Assembly (NCBI GenBank): GCA_964036045.1
Contig: OZ038378.1
Location: forward strand, 194,618,001 to 194,682,000
DNA: 64,000 nucleotides
Direction of reading: 5' to 3'
Source of the DNA: Eutreptiella sp. 'Long Island Sound 2002'
Lineage: Eukaryota > Protista > Euglenida
The notes below the pieces were generated by a model. It was not told the origin of the DNA. It saw only the letters and a program-made list of their open reading frames with translations, and did no database searches. Positions 1 to 12,600 of this stretch are shown in pieces. Positions within the stretch are counted from its first letter, which is position 1, and the number at the start of each line of letters is the position of its first letter. The position numbers and the translations under genes were made by a program.

Positions 1-585
<585 letters not shown>

Positions 586-1407
586 ACGAACCGAGCAACT
601 CTGAGCATGAAACAAGGAAGTTTTGGGCAGGTGTGAACCCTTGTCACAAAATTTCTAGGCAGGTGGTAGCTCCATGCATGCACAGGATTTAAGTTTACAC
701 CTCAGGCATTCTGTCCTTGGCGTTGTTTTCCATCTCCAAGGACCCTGGGGGGTTGCACCATGCGCTGTGCGCGTGCTGTGCCCGCGCTGTGCAAAAAGAA
801 GGCTAATTTCGACCTGTTTTCCCCAATGGCCACGGTGACTGTGGTAACTACTGGGTTCCTGTACACAGGACTGCGCTCAGATTCTTACTCAGTCCCAAAA
901 CTCAGATAATGAGTTAAACCAACCTATATTTCACACTGAAAATGCCAGATTGCTGTCTGAATTTGCTGTTCTCGCCCTGTGGACGAAGCTCCTCCGGTGG
1001 TGGGTGGTTTTCAGGGTGGAACACAGGAAAGCTAATTTACTATTGGGCGCTGTGCCCGCGCTGTGCAGAAGCGCCCACCAGAAGCCTAGACTCCAAATTG
1101 CTTCCAATGAACGCTTCCAATTTTTTCTATCCCTCGGCATCCAGCAAGCGCGGGCTCCCAAAAGCTACATAATCAATGCCGACCCCGCCTTCAAGACCAG
1201 GCCTGCCCTCCCGCGTTTGTCTAAGGTCCCTCCTTTTCCAGCTGGGGCTGGAATCCGCACAACACACAGCACAAGGAGCATGCGAGGCCAGCGGTTTTGT
1301 GACCGCCGTCTCCTGCTCCCTAACCGCTTCCCCAACCGTCGCCAACCGTGCCCTGTGGCCCCCCTCCCCTTCAAGCGCAGGCGTTAGAGGAGGTGTTCAT
1401 TCAGGAC

Positions 1408-2307
1408 CTGCACTGAGCCCCCAGCGCGCGCGCTCCTCCTCGCTGGCCCCGGTGAGCATCTGGTAGAAGGCGTGGTACGTCCGCTCGCCGGAGGAGTGCG
1501 TCACGACGCGGGACTTCTCCAGCAGGTACGGGGTGATCTCCGCCCCGGTGAACAGCCCATAGGAGTCGAACTTGACAGCCAGGAACTTCCCGAAGCGCGA
1601 GGAGTTGTCGTTGAGCCGCGTGCAGGCGTTCCCGAACGCCTCCAGGATCGGGGACGTGGCCTCGACGCGGTCGGCGATCTGCTGCACCTCTAGCCGCCCC
1701 GCCCCCGCCTGCGTCGACGAGCAGGTCGCGAGGTACCGCAGCAGCATCTTGACGGTCTCGGTCTTGCCCGCCCCGCTCTCGCCGCTAACGAGGATGGACT
1801 GGTTGCGCCGCTCGGTGCGCATCTCCCAGTAGGCGTCGTGGGCGATGGACCAGCTGTGGGGCAGCTGGGTGCTGCCCCCGTGCCTCGTGCTGCACCCCTC
1901 TTGGATGTAGCGCTGCAAGGAGAGCGGCGGGAGGAGGTCCAGAAAGTTCGAAGGCTCAGCGTTGCAGGGAAAATGGTGCCTCCTGTTGGACTGCTGATTG
2001 CCGCCGCCGCTGGATCCGCTGTCGCCTCCCTCCCACTCATTGGTGCATTTTGGGCTCGTGGATTGTGGGATCACCCAGCTTTCCCGGTAAAAATTGTGGT
2101 TTGTGACGAAGTTAGTCGTTGCACACACCAACATCATCGCTTGTTCTCCCAGTACAAATTGCCCCCTATCCCGCCTTAATGCGTGTTGGTGTGGGTGGGT
2201 GTGTGGGTGTGGGTTTGTATGTGTGTGTGTGTGTATGTGCATGTGTGGGTGGGTGGGTTGTTGTGTCTGTGTCTTTTGTCTGTCTGTGTCTTTTGTCTGT
2301 CTGTGTC

Positions 2308-2358
<51 letters not shown>

Positions 2359-5300
2359 ACCCCATTTTCTTTTCAGTCCCTCTCCCCCTGTTCTCTGCCC
2401 ATCTCTTCCGATTCCCCTCCCTCTGTCTCCTTCATGCCGCCCGCCCCGATGTGCTCCCAAAGAAATCTCCGCCCCCCCAGGCCAACCAATGTGAAACCCG
2501 CATGAAGAGAGTCAGAAACATGACATTGAATAAAAGGAACGATTTGCCGTACCTTTTCAAAGTGAAGGAGCAGCACAGTGCCCATGTGGGTGGTCAACTG
2601 TACTGTCAAAAGAGAGCAGAATGACAGCAGGGCAAAAGCGTTCTCGAATCGCAGGGGCTGAGTCTCGTCAGAGTCTCTACTCCCAGCTGCACTCGGCCTG
2701 TGCAAACGACGTCTGGGACCTCTGGCCCAGCTCTCTGCTGCCTACGCTCCACTGTTCCTGTACTTCAAATTTGCAGCGGGGGGCAATTGTAATGTTTGGG
2801 GCCATACACACACGGCATGAGGAGATCAAGCCCCCCCCCCCCCACACACACGGACACGATAAACGTGACAACCAGGCAGCAGTCAAGACAACCTGAGAGC
2901 ACGGATTCTCCACACACACACACACGATGTAACCGCAAACAAGAACAAAGCAAGAAAAGGGGTGGAAAGAAAACTCCTCAGGGACAGCAGCGCTGTCCTA
3001 GACGTCTTTCAGCTGTACGGGGAAATGAGGGCAGCGTAGCATGGCGGGGCAGCGTGCAATCCAGCAGGTCAGCCCGCGGCCCTGTGGAGCGAAGCAAATT
3101 ACTGGCACCACCCCTGCAGCAGTTCTGCACCCTGGGCCCCGGTCAGCGCAAGTTATCTACAGGAGTTCCGTGTTCATGCCAACCAACAAAGCAAAGCAGG
3201 GGAAGGGAACTGAAGTCAGCCGTATCGGGTGCCACCCCCCAATCACACACACACAACCCCCCAATCACACACACACAGGCCCCAGTGGTGCTGGGCTGAA
3301 GGAAAGCTGCAGGAGCGTGGCAAAAGCAGGGGACCACGGGGCTGTGTATGCTTCAGGTCTGACGTGGGGTGGGATCTCCTCGTCTGTGTACCGGCGCATA
3401 TCCCAGCAGCGTGGGCTCGCAGCCAGCGGGCCACTTTTTGAACCACAAGGTGTCTCGGTGCTGGCATGTGGTGGCTTACCGCAAAAACCGCGCGCATAGT
3501 ATTTTCGGAACACCAAGGGACGCGGAGAATACACTGCACGCCGATTTGTGCATTGCCCGTAATGCCGTGTGTCGGGGGTACCTGCATTGCAGGGCCAGCT
3601 GCACCCAGTCCAAGGCACTCAAGATCTGGGAACCCCATGTGACACACTAGGGCAGCCCAGCTGTGAGTGCGCCGGAGAAAATGCACGATAGGTAGGTACG
3701 TTCTGAGGCTTTGGGTGATTTCAAAGGGGGGCCGTACCTCAAGGACCAATCCTGTTTCAGAGCACAGGGGTGCACTGCAGCCATGCCAGAACCCCCTCCC
3801 ACCACCAGGGTAAACCCCAGTGCCCGAATTTCAGAGCTCAAGCATGCTCCGCTACAAGTTGGGGTCTCTTCGTTGATACAGCCGCACAGAACTTCAAGCT
3901 GCCAAATATGGGAGAGGAGTGAGGAGATGTCTTGTACCAGGGTTGTGTGGGTGTCCGGGCTGAGGCTCCATGCAATCAAAACATTGTTCCGAAACTGTGC
4001 CAAAGAAAACCAATGTCGTCCACGCACCCACACGGGAAACCCTTCATCCGAAATTGTCAAACTCCCCAGGTCCCTCATCTTCTTTCCCTGTGTCTCCGAA
4101 ATTGTCAAACTCCCCAGGTCCCTCATCTTCTTTCCCTGTGTCTTTACTCCCCAGAGGGTGTGCAAGTCAGCACTTTGTGCACCGAATGGGCCCCCCATTG
4201 GGATACTTCCCAGCCGTTGCCACAAGGAACCACCTGCTAGGAGGAAGTTGTTTTCATGCAATTCAAAATGGAGCATTTTACTGAGGAGGTCATGCGGCAG
4301 ATGCCAAAACCGGTGGCTCACGGCCTCCCCCGCCCTATCGAGTTTCGCGTTGTCCCGGCTTATTGACCATACCACCTCTGTCTGTCGCCACCGCCGTTTT
4401 TTGTACAGCCAATCAACGGCATCAGTGAACGCTGTGGTAACGTTATCCGGCTTGATGGTATCAAATTGTTTCTTGCAGTCTATTTCACACAGGGACTGGG
4501 CACCCTTTCGGGCAACAAACTGAAACCACGCAAAAATGGTACGGATCTCGGTATGCTGAAAATTCTGGGGGATCTCAGCCTGAAGTAGGCGCAAGAATGT
4601 GGTGAGCACACGAGCCCCTAAACGCAATTGTTGTTTGTCCAGGACTGGGGACGGGGATGCATATATTCCTCTCCAAACCCACTTTCCCGTTGCCAGAGAC
4701 TTGGCCTTAGAAAGCAGGTACAGCACACACAAACACCCCTATTGATTGCGCCGAAGGTGCATTCTCGATATTGCCTGGGAAATACGCCGTTCCCAGCTCT
4801 GAGGGGTGGAGCGGACTCGTTGAAAATTTTCTTCACGCATGAACTGCTAAACCTGATCCCAGACCCATGCCGGACATAATCCCCAAATTTCCCGTGCCCC
4901 CTTGTCCACTATGCGTATGTACTGGTACTCGGCCAAATGCTTAGCCAAGTTTTGTAGCTGTTTTAGGAGTGTGCCTGAATGTGTAAAAAGGGACGCCGGC
5001 AAGAAATGGTCCAGGTCGGGCACGGCGACGGCGAGTTTAGTACAAAATGCACGGATCCCCTGGCAGACTTTTTGTTGGGCCAGCTTCCCACTCACAGGCA
5101 CCGGGTCATTGGGACACCTCCGGCAACGTTTAGGCTTAGTGGAACCAGTGGCACATGGCCATCTATGTCCCTCGGGGTGCCAAACTGTGCAGCCACACAG
5201 CGGAACGTGGAGCACTAGCACATGAGTCGTGTGGTGGACCGCAAATGCCGCATAGCTGCAGCTTGGAGCACACAACGCACAGAGTGTGGGCTGGACCGGA

Positions 5301-5869
5301 CGATGCGCATCGTATGCTTTAGGGCTTGCTGGACTTAATAATGCGACACACAACATTTGTGATGGTCGTTTGCTGCAGGGATGTGAGGTTTGGAACCACA
5401 ATGACATTGGATAGATGCAGAGGCAGGCACACAGACTCACCAGCTTCACGGAGCATTGACTCTAGCGCTTTGACTTGTGCAAAATCTTTCAGTTTTTTGG
5501 CCACTTGGATTTCCTTTAGGGCTCAAAGAATGCAGTGGGACAGGTATGACCAAACCTTGTTGCTTGTGTCAGTCTCAGAAATACCTCTCAGAAATACCTG
5601 GGGGTACATCGTTGACAGCCCACTTTTTTAGTTCAGACCACCACGTGCGCCCAGCCAGCCCTGTCTGAAAGAGCGTTTCGGTGTATTGAACGGGGATGGT
5701 GACCCAATCAGCAAACTCGGTCAAAAGAATAAGTGAATGAAAGGTAGCACTGTCAGTGCGGGCGTGTGCATCTGTGTAGTATTTACACAGGCGCTATACT
5801 AGGGTTTGTGTAGTCTGACCCACGTAAACTGCTCCCGTGCGCAGATTGATGCAGACATAAATTACGAAG

Positions 5870-5910
<41 letters not shown>

Positions 5911-6609
5911 CTGAGAGAGACGAGAGAGAGCTGAAGAAAGAGAGAGCAAAAGAGAGAAAGGGGGGGGAGTGATTGAACGAAAGGGAGACAGAGAGTTTGG
6001 GCGGGGGGCATCCTGGAGACACAGATACACCAAGGCACCGACACACCGACACAGCAAACAGACATAGGCACGGATGCAAAGATATACAGACAGAGACACA
6101 CAGACCGACACAACGACACCAGAAAAAAACCCAGACACACAACAGCCATACACACAAAGACACAGAAGAGGGAGGGACAGAGATAGGGAGCCTGAAAGGG
6201 GGGGAGAGCACACCTGCATCATCTCCGGGCGGTAGTGGGGGATGTCATAAGTGAAAGGATTGAGCGCCAGGAGGATGGGGCCGATGTTGGTGTAGATGTG
6301 ATTGTCAAAATACCGCTGGCGCACGTGATACAGCATTGCAGAGCCATGGAGGTATGGCAAATGCAGCAGGTCGCGGACCTCCTCTTCAGAGCCATTCACC
6401 ATAGGGGCCATGTGGTCCGAAGCGATGGTGAGCCTGCCTACGTCCGCGTAGCGGGCCTCGGAGCAGCTGACCTCGTACTTGCACTCGCTGAGCTCGCGCT
6501 CCACAACCCCCAAGAGCCACGAGTGCTCAGGGTGCATGAAGAAGCATGCTTTGCCCACGTGAAATGTCTCACCAGGGGCGATGGGCATGTTCGGCATGTA
6601 AGAAGTCAT
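1408..6609 (-). CDS. Myosin heavy chain, N-terminal SH3-like region and motor domain, first two coding exons; gene continues left of the window
   Basis: Exon 1 is 6609-6214 (MTSYMPNMP...DLLHLPYLHGSAMLYHVRQRYFDNHIYTNIGPILLALNPF...EMMQ, donor CAG|GTGTGC). Exon 2 is 1912-~1408 (acceptor TGCAG|; RYIQE...PHSWSIAHDAY...NQSILVSGESGAGKTET = P-loop; LEAFGNACTRLNDNSSRFGKF = switch I; LLEKSRVV...ERTYHAFYQML). The exon 2 donor is probably CAG|GTCCTG at 1407 but is uncertain. Confidence 0.93.
2179..2357. repeat. (TG)n and (TGTC)n microsatellite cluster in myosin intron 1
   Basis: GT-rich degenerate repeats followed by a run of TGTC units at ~2312-2357. Confidence 0.9.
3280..5870 (-). mobile_element. Decayed Penelope-like retroelement with N-terminal GIY-YIG endonuclease, CxC linker and RT (Chlamys/Naiad-type domain order)
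   Basis: Minus-strand reading in order: VIYVCINLRTGAVYVGQTTQTL (GIY-YIG, 5865-5800), LCGCTVWH (CxC, 5197-5189), YIRIVDKGAREIWGLCP (~4920-4870), CKKQFDTIKPDNV (RT motif A region), LWQRLGSIPMGGPFGAQSADLH (motif B), LAQFRNNVLIA (motif C position, ~4000-3970). Stops and frameshifts are present. It is flanked by CA-rich repeats at 5870-5886 and 3235-3277. Confidence 0.82.
5870..5955. repeat. (CA)n-(GA)n compound microsatellite
   Basis: CA run 5870-5886 followed by GA runs. It abuts the 5' end of the Penelope-like element. Confidence 0.9.
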
Positions 6610-6729
6610 GACACGAACTGTGATTCAAAGTCATGGGTTCGCGCGGGGGTCCAGCACCCTCCAATTCATCCCTTTCTACACCACGTCCGAAGAGCCACTT
6701 GGGCTGGTGGAGGATTGTAGGCTGGTGCA

Positions 6730-7065
6730 GTGCAGCAACCAGCAGCCTCAACAGCCCATTCCAACTATGAACAACCGCTAACGCCCCCCCCCTCCCAGCC
6801 CCCAACAGCCCTGCCAATCCCCAAAAAACCGCGACAACGACCCCCCAAAATCCTCCACAGTACTTGTCAACTCCAATCAACCCTTGCAAAATCACAATAT
6901 CATTCAACAACCCTAAGAAACCATTCACAGCTCTCACAGGTGGTTACCAGCATTCAGCAGCGCTCAAAACCCCCTATCAATCTTCAACATCCTTCGGCAA
7001 CCCTCAATAACTGCCGCAAAGCCCCCCAAAACCCCCCAAAACCTCACAAAACCTCACCCACCCAC
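6730..7065. repeat. C/A-rich degenerate CAACCC/AACC low-complexity repeat; related tracts at ~26110-26800 (mainly opposite strand) and ~40870-40930
   Basis: Recurrent caacc/aaccct/aaaccc words with strong strand asymmetry and no credible protein. Confidence 0.6.
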
Positions 7066-9645
7066 GAACTCTCGAGGTGAAGAATGAGGAATACCCAAGA
7101 TGGCAAGCTAACTGCAATGATGGACACCCCTTTGTTCAGGCCCGGGGAGAGCATCCCTTTCCCCAACCATACACTTGGAGTGTGGGCCGCGAGGTCTATG
7201 CCAAATTGGGATAAATTGGGAGGAGCGTATCTTGTGGCTCCCATGGATGGTCTAGGCTACATATGGTTCACATCGAGGAGTTTATCAACAGGGGCAAAGT
7301 CAACCATGAGCCCCATGGTCCATGGTCCATGGGGTAATTCCCCAAAGCAGATCTTTCGGATGGAACCCTTCGACTTAGGTAGGGGCTGAAGCCCAATGAC
7401 ATGGATATTGACTCGTCAGCATCCGACCCTGACTCCGGCTTTACCTCCCACTCCAGCTCTGGATGTGGGTCTGCATAGCATTCAGAAATTTGCTCCGTGA
7501 ATAACCATTTAGCTGGCGTCTTCCCCACTAAAGAAATCAAAAAGAATGGTTATGTGCAATGTTGCCTTGAAACTGGCGGGAAGCTTGCCGTCTTGGGGCA
7601 AAGTGAAATGGCTACATAACCCTTGCTATATCAAGAAACTGAAATAGCTACGTGAAGTAGAATGGTGGCATAACCCCTACAATCCTGGGGAGAAAAGAAA
7701 TGGCTGTGCAATTGCTGCTAGCTCGTGGAAAATGAAATGGATGCATGAGATGGATGCAAATGAATGGAGCAATGAGCGGCTGAATTATGAAAAGAGCAAA
7801 CGCTTGTTGTTGTTGTTGTTGTATAGCGATACACTAAGTAAGCAAAATATCTGAAGTGTAACAATGTACAACACAGAGCATCGGCTTGCATAGTAAAGGT
7901 TTTCGAGCAAAAACGGTTGTTAGAGGAAAAGAAGCAACCTTCATTAGTCTTCAAGCACTACTTTTCGGATTGAACTTGGGGAAAGTATTTGAAAGCAGCT
8001 TTGCATTTTACCACTCAAAAGATAACAACCCTCAATTTTGCAAAAAGTAACCAGGCCTCGTGCTATATTTTACACTAAACGAGGCAAAACACAGCAGGCT
8101 TTTTGGGGGATGATAGCAAGCTGCATATCATTGCACACAATGCACCAGAACAATACCTGGGTTTAAAGATATTCCTCTGAGGGTCCCCAGCCAGTATCTC
8201 TCATTTGTGGGACTTTAAATGCATAAGATAACCTGACTTTAACGCTTTGGTATTTCCCATATGGGACCGCCCAGTTTTATCTCAAACTCCGCAAAAAAGC
8301 CTCTCAGGTTTTCAGCCAATCCATGCAACCTTCCTGATTCCTGACTAATTTCCCCTGAGGCAAGCCAAACAGGGGTACCAGCAATAGGACCCTGGAAACC
8401 CTGCCAACGGTTAAGGGTGGCCGAACAAAAAAGACCAGCACCTGGATCGACACATAGCCGCAATACACCAAGGGAATTCCCCCTCCCCTTACCAATGGGG
8501 CACCAGTGCTGGGGTTCTCCAACCGAAAACTCAATGGGGGATACTTGTGCCCCCCCCCCCCAACCATAAAAAGAAACGATTTTACAATCCAACTAGCTCC
8601 TTGGGCTATGGTTTGTGTAGAAACTCAGAAATAGGGACATGCCGTATATCCCATGCATGTGCCTGGTTTTGAGTACACAACCTGTGCAAAGGAATTCGTG
8701 GGCAAAAAGGGGGCTGTTGATTTTTGACCCCCATGCCCCCCCCCAAAAAAGGCACCTGAGTTTGGGTTGGGACAGGCCAGCATTGAAGAGAGGGGGAGGG
8801 GGTACGGCATAAAGGCTGAAGGAGTATGCCGGTTGGTACTGGAAGAGCGGGGATAGGGGGGGCAGACATTCTTGCCTCATGGCTGAATGATTGTATGATA
8901 ACACAATCCCTCGCGGTATGCGATGCCAATATCCCGAAAAATGGGGGTTTCTGCGTGCCCTTGATCCAACAACATGTTTGGCGATTTCAGTATTGCTCAA
9001 ACGATGCGAACTTCTTTGCCTGCTTTCAGTGTGCCGCCCATCGGCACATCAACCTAGTCCGGTGGTAACCATACTGGTGCTTGCGGATCAGCTCGAGCCA
9101 AACCAAGGTGAACCAACCCCTTTAGCAAACAGGTTCTTGCAGCAGCAAGGGCACAAGATCATCACACTGGGAGGAATTTTGGTATGTACGACGATCCTTC
9201 TTAGGAAATTCACGCTGCAAACAAGATCGAGAAATCTCATATTACAAATGGGGTCGAAATGCAAGCCTTGCCTGCAAATGCTAGTGGTAAGAACTCATCA
9301 CTTTGATCAGGTGGGGCCCTCTCTGGAGGCACGAAGCCTTTCACCCCCTTTTGAAGAAACACAACCTGCTGGTATGTGTTACCAGTGCGGAATGTGTGGT
9401 TATCCCTGCTTGTCACAGATTTGTTATTGGAGTTGAGGATGTCCAAAAACTGGCATCACCAAGGTTCAGGTGGCATGTAGGCCCCAGGGATTGGAGATTG
9501 GGGATCTGGGGCAATCGAAGACCAACAAACCCAGGTGGTAATAGTAAACCCAGGTAATAATCGTAATAGTCTGCTGTGCTGCAATGGTTAGTGCTATGCG
9601 GCATGGTGGCTCAAATCCCCTCGTCGGAAACGCATCATTCAAGGA

Positions 9646-12600
9646 TTAGTATGGCGTATATCTCTGCATCTGCCCGTTACGATTTGCGGCATCCTTCCCC
9701 TCCTCCTCCGTGTGGGAGAACTTGCAATCTGTCCTTGTGCACTTGCCGCGCACGAAATCTCGGCAAACACCCGGAGGTATGAGGCCGGTCTCGGAGGCTG
9801 CAGCTTTTGAGGCGTTGGGGTCCTCATGGACGAACTTGCAGCCGGGGCGCTCACATTTCCCTGAGATAACGGACAACGGAGTCGCGACAGGTGGACGGCG
9901 GCCTGGTCTGCAGGGGCCTCCTGGTGCCATGACCGGCGGCGGCCGGCGGGCGTGATGGCACGGGTTGGGAGCGGGCCGTCGGTGAGAGGGGGCGGGGGGG
10001 CGTGCGTCCAGCCCCGGCGTGGTGGCTGGGGGGCAATGCATTTCTCCCACATCCCGGCCTTCAGCTGATTAAATTCGGGACGTGCGAGGCCAAGCAGCTT
10101 CGTTTCGGACAGATCCGGCTCGTGAAGTACCGGTTGGGCCGTTGTCGGTGCTGTTCTGGCGGCGCAACAAAAAGAGCCGTGCGGTCATCACATACCGTTG
10201 CGTAATTCAGCCCCTGTCTTGAAATCTTTGTTCATGGGGTGTGAAGGCATGTTTATCCATCCTTTACTCCGTAGGCAGCATATGAATTGTTGCTGAGTTC
10301 TGAGTTGCACTCAGCGATGCAACATTGGAACTGGCATGGCATATGGCTTGGGTCAGAATCGAGCGGGTCGAACACATCCCGTTTTGTTTTCATGGGTCGC
10401 AACGACAATCATCACCATCTTGTAGATCTCATCCACATAACCGGGAAGATAACCGGGAAGATAACCACCAACGTTTTATTTTCACTGGCAGTACATAAAC
10501 CACTAGTGTCAGGCACCAGCAGAAAGGAATCGCATCTGGCTCTTCTTTGCCTCACTTTCCACCGTGCCCATCTCTTGTATTAGCTTCTTCCCCCGGTGAG
10601 CCAGAGAGAGAGAGAGAGAGAGAGATTGAGAGAGCCGAGGGAGAAGATGTGGATCTGGTGGTATGCATTGCCTGCCGGCCCTCCTGCACTGGGGAAACAT
10701 TCACATTTCGGGGTCTGGGTGACGGGTCCATTTCGTTGGGGAAGAGTCCAGTCAGGGGGCTCCTCCCCTCCCCTCCCCTCCCCCGGCACCCTGTGGTTTG
10801 GGGGTCAGTTCGAGAGATCAAAGCTGATCCTTTTTTAATTTACATGCACGCTATCGAAAAACGTATGCTGACAATAGGATTGGCAGGTGGGCTTTGTGCT
10901 AGTGCGTGCGACGGTTGCTAGGATCAGGCACACGCTCCCCCGCGGAGTTTTGTGATTTCGGGGAATCAAACGGCCTTCCACTTTGCAAAATACTGTTTTT
11001 TTCCACAAATTTTTTTTGTGAAAAGTTCTTTTTGGGTGTCACTTCCACACTGCCCAATAGTATTTTTTCCACTAATGTTGGTGGAACAGCACAGATAAAT
11101 TAACTATTTGATGAAATCTCATTGCAATTCATTGCCACCCCTGGGGTCACATCTCTAGGAAACATACATTGTAAGGAAAGATTGATTGCAAGAGGGTAGG
11201 AAATATCGAGGCTATGGATGGTGTATCATCCGAGTCCCTCCATATCACATGCTCTTTGTCCGTGACATGTGCTAACATTCATCATAATTGTGATAGTCAC
11301 GAACTGAAGAACCTAAGTATATGTGCATAAGTGATGTTCCTGGTACGTGACACTCACAGTACGACGAAGTGTTGGATGGTCGAAACACGGCATGTGTGAA
11401 CGTCGTACAGTGTCAGGCACTTAAGCACAATTGTGAGGGAGTGCAAACATTCTGCACAGTGCAGCTCGTATGGTCAAGTTGGCCTCCCCTTAGCACGTGA
11501 ATCGTCATCATCGTATTCCAATGGGGTTCAAACCACCGTCATTGAATTGTCGTGTGTGAGCGCGCGTGCGTTTCAACGGGGCATCGTGGTTACCCGCTGG
11601 GGGAGTGTCACACAATGATCTACGCCTTTACACACGTGGCCATGGCAGGAACCACCCCTGAAGGCACCAACCAAATTCATATCACTATTGACATCTTCTT
11701 CTTCTTTTTCTCCTTCTCAAAATCATCCTCATCCTCCTCTTCATCATCATCATCATCATCGTCACCATCAACATCGTCTTCATCATCGTTTTTGGTTTTG
11801 CTTTGATTCGTGTGGATTTGTGGCATAATATTCACTCCACCCTAGTGCCCTTGCACACCAATAAAGCCTTTGACAAGAACTAATATCATGTTTGGAGCGC
11901 TGAGCCTGCAACATGATTATCCAACAACCATCAAACATATTTTGCGCAAAGATGGCAAACTTACTTTGGCTGTGGTGTACTCTTCTCGTGCATTTTGTCT
12001 TTTTATTCTATTGAACTCCTGCGGACTTGCCCAAGTTGGGGTATAATGAATGAATGCATGGCCTGGTGTCACTGGGAGGAGTAAAAAAAAAAGGCATGAA
12101 GCAACGCGTTCCTTAAACGGGCGGCTGAATATGCATTTCACCACTGGTGGCCATAAGGATAGCGCCCCACAAGACCGCCGCATTCCAGTGGATTGTTGGG
12201 GGGGAGAGGGATAGAACAGATTGCTTCTTACGCACACCGGTAAGTTCAGCGCACATCGACATGATCCGATGCCATGCCTGGTGGGGCAGTCTGCTTCGGG
12301 TTCAGAAATTCGCCCAGTTCTCCAAGAAACCGCGAACAAAGCTCCCAAAAGATGCCAGTCAAACGTGACGAGGGCCACCGTGTGGCTGTTGTTCTGGGGC
12401 CCACCTGCGATTTGCTTGCGCATGATGGGTGATATGCCGGCTGTTTTGTGTACTGGTCAGTTCTCCTGTATTCCACGATTACGACACAACCGCGGATGGT
12501 GCGCACGAGTGACAAGGAACCGGTGCAGCATCCGCGAGGGGTCGCCAAACCCCTAGCGAGGTCCGCGAAAGTATCCGGCAGAGCCCCGTAGCCTGTGTTT

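Noticed and set aside
7340-7425. CTGACGAG...GAAA on the minus strand as a possible hammerhead ribozyme
   Set aside because: No stem II pairing between the CUGANGA and GAAA boxes, and the spacing is too long.
7084-9450. Protein-like fragments (e.g. PRGIVLSY, ILCPCCC) suggesting a KDZ/CxC transposase remnant
   Set aside because: The motifs are too fragmentary and frame-broken to support a family call without a profile search.
9861-10050. Apparent frameshifted or pseudogenised CCCH gene (TCRD followed by a 10-nt insertion)
   Set aside because: It is resolved by a canonical intron: exon 4 ends CRDFVR-G at 12979 and splices to the acceptor at 9861, giving a perfect finger.
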